A stretch of DNA of 48,288 nucleotides from a virus (lineage: Duplodnaviria > Caudoviricetes): positions 1-48,288 of IMG/VR virus record IMGVR_UViG_3300014208_000013; one strand, given 5' to 3'. The notes beneath the pieces are model-generated. The model made no database searches. It was given only the letters and a program-made list of their open reading frames with translations, and was not told the DNA's origin. Both the position numbers and the translations under genes were made by a program. Each line of letters opens with the position of its first letter. The first letter of the stretch is position 1. This document shows, piece after piece, positions 36,168 to 43,828 of the stretch.

Positions 36168-38564
36168 CTATTCGTATATAATATAATTAACAGTCGCGGC
36201 GACAGATTGGTTATTAGTTCCGGAATCTGTATTATTCACCCTAGAAATAAATCCGTCATTAGCGATAGTTGGAATAGAAAGGGTTGAATAATTACCAACG
36301 CCATCAGTAGGAGCAACTGGTGTAAAGGTTATATGGTTATCAATTGTCAATCCGGTTATTGCGGTTCCATCTCGTGTTCCAGTAACAGTTATGGCACTAA
36401 CTAACACTCCGTCTTTCCATGTAGCTGTTCCTTTGGATGGGTAGGCGGTTCCAGCTACATCATATTCAAGTTCATAATATCCGACAATCACAGTCGGTCT
36501 AAAACCTACCGTAACAATTTCGTCATCATTAGCTCCGTCAGCGGCGGTATGACTTACCGAAGCGGTGGCAACTTTTTTACCCCTACTAATAACTAATTTG
36601 GTTGCGGTTATGGCGGTTCCTATAGGGATTATTGTTGTTCCCGGGGTAGTTGAAATTGTCCCGACCGTATCTGAAACATAATAATTCGTACCCGGGGTAA
36701 GACCCGTAAATCCAGCGAGTATTCCGCTGGTAATAACTACCGGGGTTTCCCCCGACGAGTAAGACTGATTTATAAAACCATAAAAATTAGTTTTTGATAC
36801 GTCATTAGCATCGGCCTTATAAATAAGTCCGGTAGTGGTGGCAATCGCCACCGGCTGAGGAGTCGTAATTCCGTTTATTGCCTCTCCCGTAGTGGTGGCA
36901 TTATTTGAATTAATGCCATTTATTATTAATCCGTTAAAAGTTGTAGTGGCGGTAAATGTATTCGCCCCTGAATGAGTTTCTGTTCCAGAGTTGGTATTAT
37001 CACCGCTCCAAGTATAATCTTCAGTTAAATCTAAAAAGCTCTGGTCTAGTTTTCCATCCTGATCGGTTACTGGTATTTTGTTGTATTGCTGATTAACGTT
37101 ATAAAACGTGGCAAATATCATGTCGCTTCCTGATATGGCGGTAAATGAAGTCCCGCTGTTGGTGGAAACAATAAAGTTTCCGTTGGAATAAGTCGGAGAG
37201 GAGCTGTCTAGGCCAACCCGGTAAGTATTCGTAGCCGATGAAGCGGGAGATTTTATGGTAAAAGCGTAAGTGGTGGCCGCGCTTAGAGTTACATTTGATC
37301 CGAACCTGAACATAAACCATTTAGGATAGCCAGTTGATTCAGCGGTAGTGGTAGCGGTTCCTAGACTGGCTCCGGTTGGGAGACCTCCTGACGTGGCATA
37401 AACGTCTAAGACTAAATCTCCTGCCGTCCCGGCTCCGTAATACATGTAAACCCCTACTTTCCTTAAAGCGGCCGCTCCTGCTCCGCTAATCTGAAAAGTC
37501 TGGCCGGGTTGGGTGGTAAGACCGGTGCTGGTTGCCGTACTGTAATTAACTTCATTATATAATTGGTCAACGGTAGTATAGTTATCAGTTGATGAATAAA
37601 GAGAATATAATCCCATTTTAGCGCTAGTATCGCCGGTATTGTTTCCAGTTACAAAATCACCCGGTCCGGCCAGTTCAATATTTCCTTTGACCGTTTCCGT
37701 AGCGTCAGGCGCTCCCGATAAGGTAGTATCGTCAACGTATTTCTTCGGAGCGAACTCTTCGTCTGCGGTCGGCGCGGTGTAAGTGCCTATCTTCGGCAGT
37801 GAATTAAAAGTTTTAACGCCAGATATGGTATCGGCCGTTTCTTTATCCACCAGCTCATCATAAACATAATGCACGTTAGACATGACTATTGCCGCTCCGG
37901 CTGAGTGGGTTTTTTGATTGGCGGTTACGGCGGCAGTAGATGTTCCCGAAAATGATAATCCACGAGTTACACTCGTCCATGAGAGAGTTCCGATTCCTTC
38001 AGCCATAACGATTTCTTCTTTGTTAGAACCCGGCTCAACAGTCAAAAACACCTTAGAGCCTAAATCAGCCATTGTAAGAACATGACTATCTTTAGTGGTG
38101 AGAGAGGATACATAGATAGTCGAAGCCGTAGAACTTATTGATCGGGAAAGCGTAGTTTTGTAGTTAGATACCACCGAAAACCCCAACGGTGCTTCAGCTT
38201 TTAAATATTTATCGCAAGATTTTCCTTTACATGTTATAAATTTTTGCTCGCTACTCCCCAGCTCTCCTTCCCTAGAAATTAGTTGGATAATCTTCGGAGT
38301 AACTTCCTGCCAATATATTTCAGGAACTTTATATAATTCCTCTTGGCTTAAACCTTTATCAATTTTATTCTGCCAATATGATATTAAATCTTGATTTTTT
38401 GTTTCTAAAACATAATCACCTCTAAAAGCATTTTGATCACCAACCTCAACAACCTTTCTAATGCCAGTATAGATATTAAAAACAGTAGCTTTTTTTGTTT
38501 CTTTTGCAATAGACAATGCTGGAATTAATAACAGTAGTAATACTAACAACTTGATTTTTCTCAT
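36168..38564 (-). CDS. Tail fibre/appendage protein with Sec-type signal peptide
   Basis: MRKIKLLVLLLLLIPALSIA; KKYVDD, DATETVKG and GLTPGTNYYVSDTVG fibre motifs. Confidence 0.75.
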   Translation of the reverse strand: MRKIKLLVLLLLLIPALSIAKETKKATVFNIYTGIRKVVEVGDQNAFRGDYVLETKNQDLISYWQNKIDKGLSQEELYKVPEIYWQEVTPKIIQLISREGELGSSEQKFITCKGKSCDKYLKAEAPLGFSVVSNYKTTLSRSISSTASTIYVSSLTTKDSHVLTMADLGSKVFLTVEPGSNKEEIVMAEGIGTLSWTSVTRGLSFSGTSTAAVTANQKTHSAGAAIVMSNVHYVYDELVDKETADTISGVKTFNSLPKIGTYTAPTADEEFAPKKYVDDTTLSGAPDATETVKGNIELAGPGDFVTGNNTGDTSAKMGLYSLYSSTDNYTTVDQLYNEVNYSTATSTGLTTQPGQTFQISGAGAAALRKVGVYMYYGAGTAGDLVLDVYATSGGLPTGASLGTATTTAESTGYPKWFMFRFGSNVTLSAATTYAFTIKSPASSATNTYRVGLDSSSPTYSNGNFIVSTNSGTSFTAISGSDMIFATFYNVNQQYNKIPVTDQDGKLDQSFLDLTEDYTWSGDNTNSGTETHSGANTFTATTTFNGLIINGINSNNATTTGEAINGITTPQPVAIATTTGLIYKADANDVSKTNFYGFINQSYSSGETPVVITSGILAGFTGLTPGTNYYVSDTVGTISTTPGTTIIPIGTAITATKLVISRGKKVATASVSHTAADGANDDEIVTVGFRPTVIVGYYELEYDVAGTAYPSKGTATWKDGVLVSAITVTGTRDGTAITGLTIDNHITFTPVAPTDGVGNYSTLSIPTIANDGFISRVNNTDSGTNNQSVAATVNYIIYE

Positions 38565-38677
38565 ATTTTTTTATATAATTTAATTATTAATCAATTTCAC
38601 AGGCAGAGCCTCGTATCTGTATGGGTTTTAGTGAAATTGAACCTGATACAAATACGGGGTTTTGTCTATTATACCAC

Positions 38678-39223
38678 ATGATTCGCACTAACAGAGACAG
38701 TGAGGGGAATTTCATAAAAACAGAATGGGTTAAATTAAATTGTAAAACTTGCAAAAAAAGATTTTCAGTTATTCAATCAAGGGGCAATACTGCTAAATTC
38801 TGTTCGCAAAGATGTTCAGAAAAATATCATACTGGAAAAAATCATCATCAATTTGACAAGCCACAGTCTTTGGCAATAAGAAAAAAAATATCTAAAACTT
38901 TAACTGGAAAATATGGTGGTTCTAAGGCCTCTGGTTGGAAAGGTGGAATCTGTAAACACACGGCAGGATATATATTAATTTATTGTCCCAATCATCCTCA
39001 TCAAACAAGAAAAAATTATGTGCAAGAGCATAGATTGGTGGTTGAAAAAATCTTAAACAGATATTTATTACCCACAGAAATTGCACATCATATTAATGGA
39101 AATAAACAAGATAATCGACCTGAAAATCTATACTTATTTGAATCTGAGAAAGAGCATAATCGTTATCATACATTATTCAGATACAATAGAATACCTCCAA
39201 TCACTAAATCAAATTTAATCTAA
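38678..39223 (+). CDS. HNH homing endonuclease, antisense to the late operon
   Basis: CKTC..FCSQRC, WKGG, YVQEHRLV, HHINGNKQDNRPENL. Confidence 0.9.
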   Translation: MIRTNRDSEGNFIKTEWVKLNCKTCKKRFSVIQSRGNTAKFCSQRCSEKYHTGKNHHQFDKPQSLAIRKKISKTLTGKYGGSKASGWKGGICKHTAGYILIYCPNHPHQTRKNYVQEHRLVVEKILNRYLLPTEIAHHINGNKQDNRPENLYLFESEKEHNRYHTLFRYNRIPPITKSNLI

Positions 39224-39244
39224 CAGTTTTTTCTTCATATGATT

Positions 39245-39601
39245 TTATTTTCTTTCAAGCGTCGTCGCGCTCCTTACCTGCCCGTTAAATTTACGCCGGC
39301 AAAAATATTCGGCGATCCGGGTATCAAAATTACAGCAGGAAAAAATGTTTATGAATACCCGGTTATCAACCTCGTCGCAATGAATTACGATTGACGAAGT
39401 ATAGAGAAGTTGAACGCCGGTTATACCCTCTAAAGTTCCTTCGCCAAAGCGGTGGACTTGCGGTTCGCCAAATCTTTTCATACCGATTAAGTCGGTAAGA
39501 TCAATAAGGAACTTCCTAATATATTCCTCGTCAATAAGAAAATCATGCGTGCAGTTTTCAAGGTCAATTATTAACTCTTTGCCCCATGTTTTTATTTCCA
39601 T
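39245..39601 (-). CDS. speD: S-adenosylmethionine decarboxylase-family pyruvoyl proenzyme
   Basis: WGKELIIDLENC, GITGVQLLYTSSIVIH, INIFSC; start MEIK at 39601. Confidence 0.8.
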   Translation of the reverse strand: MEIKTWGKELIIDLENCTHDFLIDEEYIRKFLIDLTDLIGMKRFGEPQVHRFGEGTLEGITGVQLLYTSSIVIHCDEVDNRVFINIFSCCNFDTRIAEYFCRRKFNGQVRSATTLERK

Positions 39602-39602
39602 A

Positions 39603-40637
39603 CTAAAAAAACTTAAAGCTCGGCATAGGCTGTAGTTTTGCCCAGCTAGTAGTTTTAATATTTCCGCTTTCCAGCATGTCAATATACAGGGCTTTCTCTG
39701 ATAGCGTCATCTCATTTACAGGAATTTCCTGTTTATTTTCCACTCCATTTCTTTCTTTAACGAAATAAAAATGAAGTCCATGATTGTCTGAATAACCAAC
39801 TAAGTTTTTCATAAATTTTAAAGTTATAAAATAATCTTTTTTTTTAGGCGTAAGCCATATCCGGTGAGCCGACCATACCCGGAAATTCTTAGCCAGCTTT
39901 TTCTCAAACTCTATATTTTCGCTGTTTTCGTCATATAGATTATCTTGTGGGTAGCTGTCAAAAGCTATAAGGTCGTAATCCTTGTGGTCTGACCAGTCAT
40001 CAATCAGAAAAGCGTGGTTAGGCTGATTGTTGTAATCATAATAGACTCCCTCTCCGTAATAAGAAGCCCAAGCAAACCCGGAGCAAACAACCGGACTCAT
40101 TTTTAAAGCTTCCTTGATTTTAGCGTGAGATAAGTTCCCCGAAAAATCTAATTGCTCCCAGCGGACATCCCATTCTGATAATTTGCCTTTAGCCTTTAAA
40201 ATTATTGACTGAGGCGGTTTTTTGAAAAATTGAGCTTGTGTGGTTTCGGAAGTAAAGGGATAATCTTTATCTTCAATCCAGCCATTTTTTCTCGGAGCTT
40301 CCATGGCGTTCCTAATTGAAGTTCCCCGGTTAGGTATTACCCCGGCATAAAAAGCGTTAAACATTTCTGACATGGTAGTTTCAACACCGTAAACCTTGTG
40401 AAGATAAGCGACCATTGCTTTCAGTGTGGCGTAGCAGGTGCAAGAGAAAGAGTCAAACTTTCGGTTAAATTGCATTTCAGCTTTTGCCCGGTATTCCGGC
40501 CAACCATGGCCGTCGTTAAAAACAACCGGCGGAGCATTAAGAGGAGATGTTGCCCCTAAAATATAATCTTCCGGTTTTTCCGCTTCAAAAATAAACCCCG
40601 AATTTTTAACTTCTTTAATTAAAATTTGTTTATCCAT
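39603..40637 (-). CDS. Papain-like (C1-type) cysteine peptidase
   Basis: Q...SCTCYA (oxyanion Gln and catalytic Cys), NHAFLI (His), FDSY. Confidence 0.75.
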   Translation of the reverse strand: MDKQILIKEVKNSGFIFEAEKPEDYILGATSPLNAPPVVFNDGHGWPEYRAKAEMQFNRKFDSFSCTCYATLKAMVAYLHKVYGVETTMSEMFNAFYAGVIPNRGTSIRNAMEAPRKNGWIEDKDYPFTSETTQAQFFKKPPQSIILKAKGKLSEWDVRWEQLDFSGNLSHAKIKEALKMSPVVCSGFAWASYYGEGVYYDYNNQPNHAFLIDDWSDHKDYDLIAFDSYPQDNLYDENSENIEFEKKLAKNFRVWSAHRIWLTPKKKDYFITLKFMKNLVGYSDNHGLHFYFVKERNGVENKQEIPVNEMTLSEKALYIDMLESGNIKTTSWAKLQPMPSFKFF

Positions 40638-40732
40638 AAAAATATTAAATAAGCCAATCCTGTTAAGCAGGCGGCAAAAATTAAAAGCGGAAAATCGTCG
40701 TAGTCGTGTTTCATGTTTGGTTCCATATTCAT
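40619..40732 (-). CDS. Small single-TM peptide (37 aa)
   Basis: Hand-translated ...DDFPLLIFAACLTGLAYLIFLWINKF*. Confidence 0.45.
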   Translation of the reverse strand: MNMEPNMKHDYDDFPLLIFAACLTGLAYLIFLWINKF

Positions 40733-40780
40733 AAAATTGCTTTTAAGGGAGGGCGGGGGTAAAAGCTCCCGCCCAGGTGA

Positions 40781-40876
40781 TTAGCGTCTCGTTAGCTTGA
40801 TAACTCGGAGTTCCCATCCACACTTACACTTGTAGATAAAGAACATTCCGCAAGCGGACATTCCATTACCTTTCAT
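40781..40876 (-). CDS. Small Cys-containing peptide (31 aa)
   Basis: ATGA overlap with the upstream stop; YKCKCGW. Confidence 0.4.
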   Translation of the reverse strand: MKGNGMSACGMFFIYKCKCGWELRVIKLTRR

Positions 40877-41058
40877 CCTTTTGCCACAACACTTGCACCG
40901 CATTTATGCTCCTTTGTGTTGACGATTACTTCATTGCCTTGATAATCTATGGAGCATTGCCCGTTGACCAGCAGGCTAAGAATGAGATTAGCGCATTGCT
41001 GTTGGTCAAAAGTGTCCATAGCGTCATACTTCTCTGAGGTGATTACAATCTGTCCCAT
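40873..41058 (-). CDS. Small hypothetical protein
   Basis: AAGGAG SD before the ATG. Confidence 0.55.
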   Translation of the reverse strand: MGQIVITSEKYDAMDTFDQQQCANLILSLLVNGQCSIDYQGNEVIVNTKEHKCGASVVAKG

Positions 41059-41264
41059 GTTCTCTCCTTCTTCTTTGTGAGAATTTTCAGTTTCCTGACC
41101 GGAATAGGATCACAGACGTAGCAAGCCTCCTCTGCCAGTTCTTCCCGCATCGGCGGACAACCAGTTTGAAGCATCATCACGCATTCATAGCAAATCCTCG
41201 GCACGCCGTTCTGCTCACATCCGTACTGCTGACGACACTCAGGGCATATTTTCCTAAACATCAT
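41043..41264 (-). CDS. Small Cys-rich Zn-binding protein
   Basis: CPEC, CYEC, CYVC; GGAGG SD. Confidence 0.6.
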   Translation of the reverse strand: MMFRKICPECRQQYGCEQNGVPRICYECVMMLQTGCPPMREELAEEACYVCDPIPVRKLKILTKKKERTWDRL

Positions 41265-41331
41265 CTTCCTCCCATTCAGGTAGCTCGTAACGAAAAATGA
41301 AATCCATTAACCTTTGAAAGAGCGTCTTCAT
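41254..41331 (-). CDS. Small peptide (25 aa)
   Basis: AAGGAGG SD then MKTLFQRLMDFIFRYELPEWEEDDV*. Confidence 0.45.
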   Translation of the reverse strand: MKTLFQRLMDFIFRYELPEWEEDDV

Positions 41332-41457
41332 TTTGTCCTCCTTTATGTCAACGAATTGTTAACAGGCGGGTATCGTTAAGCGGTATAAAAGCAAAGTTAT
41401 TATTTTATTTTTTTGTTCCGCTTGCCCCCGCCATGCCCGGCCAGTCCCCTTTAGGGA

Positions 41458-41583
41458 TTAGGATAGGGATTTATTTTTAACCAATCTGCGGAAAGGCTTG
41501 GGATAAACTTTTTTCGGAGCCGATGTCCCCTTCAGTTTCCAGCCGGGTTTTAATTTGTACCCCGCTTTTAGTTTGTAAGCCAT
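41458..41583 (-). CDS. Small basic protein with (Y/W)KLKxG repeats (41 aa)
   Basis: Hand-translated MAYKLKAGYKLKPGWKLKGTSAPKKVYPKPFRRLVKNKSLS*. Confidence 0.55.
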   Translation of the reverse strand: MAYKLKAGYKLKPGWKLKGTSAPKKVYPKPFRRLVKNKSLS

Positions 41584-41587
41584 AAAT

Positions 41588-41923
41588 TTATTCCTTTATT
41601 ATTGCGTCATTAACGATTACCTGTAAATCCTTAACTTGTTTTTCCAAATCTGAATTATTTTTAGTGGTATTTAAAATCTGGGTAAGAATAAAAATAAGCA
41701 TGACGGCGGCCGCCCCGTAAACAATCTTTTCTAAGAATCTAACCCTGCCCTTAGAGGCGAACTCTCTTTCGGACTTATCTAAAACTTCCTTGACGATTTT
41801 CAGTCCGGCAATCTCAAAATCTTTTTTAATTTCTTCTCTTAGCGTTTGAAATTCTTTAGCCATATTTTCTCGATCTTCTTTATGACGCTCGTCGCACCTT
41901 GCTTGGATAAAAATGTCAGTCAT
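41588..41923 (-). CDS. Holin-like single-TM coiled-coil protein
   Basis: EKIVYGAAAVMLIFILTQIL TM segment. Confidence 0.55.
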   Translation of the reverse strand: MTDIFIQARCDERHKEDRENMAKEFQTLREEIKKDFEIAGLKIVKEVLDKSEREFASKGRVRFLEKIVYGAAAVMLIFILTQILNTTKNNSDLEKQVKDLQVIVNDAIIKE

Positions 41924-41926
41924 AAA

Positions 41927-42301
41927 TCAAGGCTTAATTTCTTCTGTTCCTATTGTATTTATTGTATCGGTTCTCCCAAAGAGGTCTTTCATCTTGTCTA
42001 TGAATTTTGCTTTGATATCCCCTTGCAGAATTAAAGGTTCTTCCCGGGCGGCCTCGTTAGCTTTTAAGATGTAATAATTATATTCTTCCATGGTAATGGA
42101 TTGCTCGGATAATATCTTTGCGTTGATTCGTTTCATTTCAGGGTCAGCTCTAACTCCCAATATCTCAACTTCTCCGCTTGCGGGTGGCTCTATAACCTTT
42201 ACCGGGCTATTCTGAGGCCATAAAACCATATACCCGCAATAAGCTGAGAAGATTAAAATCAATAACCCAGTGAGAATGATAAGTGTAGCGGCGAGTTTCA
42301 T
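41927..42301 (-). CDS. Membrane-anchored protein
   Basis: N-terminal TM from MKLAAT (42301), linker ending VEILG. Confidence 0.6.
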   Translation of the reverse strand: MKLAATLIILTGLLILIFSAYCGYMVLWPQNSPVKVIEPPASGEVEILGVRADPEMKRINAKILSEQSITMEEYNYYILKANEAAREEPLILQGDIKAKFIDKMKDLFGRTDTINTIGTEEIKP

Positions 42302-42302
42302 G

Positions 42303-42512
42303 TTAGTTATACTTTGACCGGCCAATGGTTCGGCCTAAAACTTTATTAGTCTGCTGGACTCCGACTCCGGTTAAAATGAATATCAAGGTGGCGATTAAGG
42401 CTCCAAGCTCGGGAGTAAAAACTCCGGTTGCTATGAGATAAACATTAACCGCTCCCAAAGCCGTGCCGATTACGGCTTTTTTTCCGTCTAATAGTTTTAA
42501 AAATTTTTCCAT
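42303..42512 (-). CDS. Holin-like two-TM protein
   Basis: LDGKK followed by two hydrophobic helices and a basic tail. Confidence 0.6.
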   Translation of the reverse strand: MEKFLKLLDGKKAVIGTALGAVNVYLIATGVFTPELGALIATLIFILTGVGVQQTNKVLGRTIGRSKYN

Positions 42513-42532
42513 AGATTTATTTGTTAAATTAA

Positions 42533-43828
42533 TTATTCTTCTTCAAATTGATAACCAGGGTCTTGATAAGGGACAGTAGCAACGGCATCAGAATAATTAG
42601 GGCTGATATAATCAACCCAAAAATCATTATTAGCCACAGTTCCTGCGTTTTCAACTTTTATTCTATTGACATCAGATACAGCTTGATAAAAATTTTTAGC
42701 GGCGCTCCAAGTCCCGCCGTTAATATTATATTTATAAGTATCAGCTGATAAACCCTCCCAACCGCCTGCTCCAGTTTCAAATTGAATGCCAATGCGATAA
42801 TAAGCACCAGCTGAAAAAGAAGTTAAAGCAGTAGTGGCATAGGGAATTTCAATATTATTCGTAGTCCCATTAAAATAAATATCAAATAAATCTCCGCCAG
42901 TTCCTACCAATAAAAATACTGCCCAGGTATTAGTAGCTTCAGCTTTCATACTAATATACATCGTTCCACTAACCAAGCTGGTAATGCTTCTGTAAATTCT
43001 CTCTTGTCTATCATCTTTTATGTAAAGATGTTTAGTCCCTTCGGCAGGAGTATTAGTTTCAACAACTAAAGTGCTTGCATTAACTCCTGTAGTTAAAGCC
43101 CAACTATCCTGACCGATAATAGTAGCAGTATTTAAATCATTAAATTTTTGTTCGTAAACCCAGAGGTTCGGGTCAAGATGTCCGTAATTAATACCAAAGG
43201 CTTCAATAAACCATTCTTTTTTTTCATCTTGTAAAGGAACGCTGATAACCGCTCTGTAATACTTAGTTTCATTTACTTTGAAATTATCTTTAAAATTTTT
43301 GTCCGCCTTATTATTCAAAACTGACTTTCTAACAATTTCAGTTTTTGTAACATCAAAATTATCAAAAAATATTGTAGTCCAATTAGCTGTTGAATGCTCA
43401 ATTGCTTTATCAATAGTTATAGCTTTAGTGCTTGAAGATACTTGAGTAGTTTCCTGTATGGTTTCAGTAGTAATAGTGTTGCCATCAAACCTTTCTACAC
43501 TTCTGATGAACTGCCCTCCGGCCATTGAGAATAAAATATTAGCGTCTTGGTTTAAGCCTGAAACATTTGTAACCGAAAAATAAACCATTATATCTCCGCC
43601 TAAAGTTGCATAGTTTCCATAGTCGGATTTAATTATAAAGTTTTCACCCGTATTATCATCTGTAAAAGAGATTTGTTTTTCTTTTTCGCCAATGGCAACT
43701 GTGTCTGCAATTGAATTTATTTTAATTAAACGGTCTTGCGCTAAATCAGCGCCGAACGGCGGGTCAGGCAATTTAGTGCAACCAGTCAAAAGTAATCCTA
43801 TAAACAAAATTGTAATTAATTTTTTCAT
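42533..43828 (-). CDS. Lipoprotein-signal protein with C-terminal lectin-like beta-sandwich
   Basis: MKKLITILFIGLLLTGC lipobox; GHLDP junction followed by a ConA-like domain. Confidence 0.65.
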   Translation of the reverse strand: MKKLITILFIGLLLTGCTKLPDPPFGADLAQDRLIKINSIADTVAIGEKEKQISFTDDNTGENFIIKSDYGNYATLGGDIMVYFSVTNVSGLNQDANILFSMAGGQFIRSVERFDGNTITTETIQETTQVSSSTKAITIDKAIEHSTANWTTIFFDNFDVTKTEIVRKSVLNNKADKNFKDNFKVNETKYYRAVISVPLQDEKKEWFIEAFGINYGHLDPNLWVYEQKFNDLNTATIIGQDSWALTTGVNASTLVVETNTPAEGTKHLYIKDDRQERIYRSITSLVSGTMYISMKAEATNTWAVFLLVGTGGDLFDIYFNGTTNNIEIPYATTALTSFSAGAYYRIGIQFETGAGGWEGLSADTYKYNINGGTWSAAKNFYQAVSDVNRIKVENAGTVANNDFWVDYISPNYSDAVATVPYQDPGYQFEEE

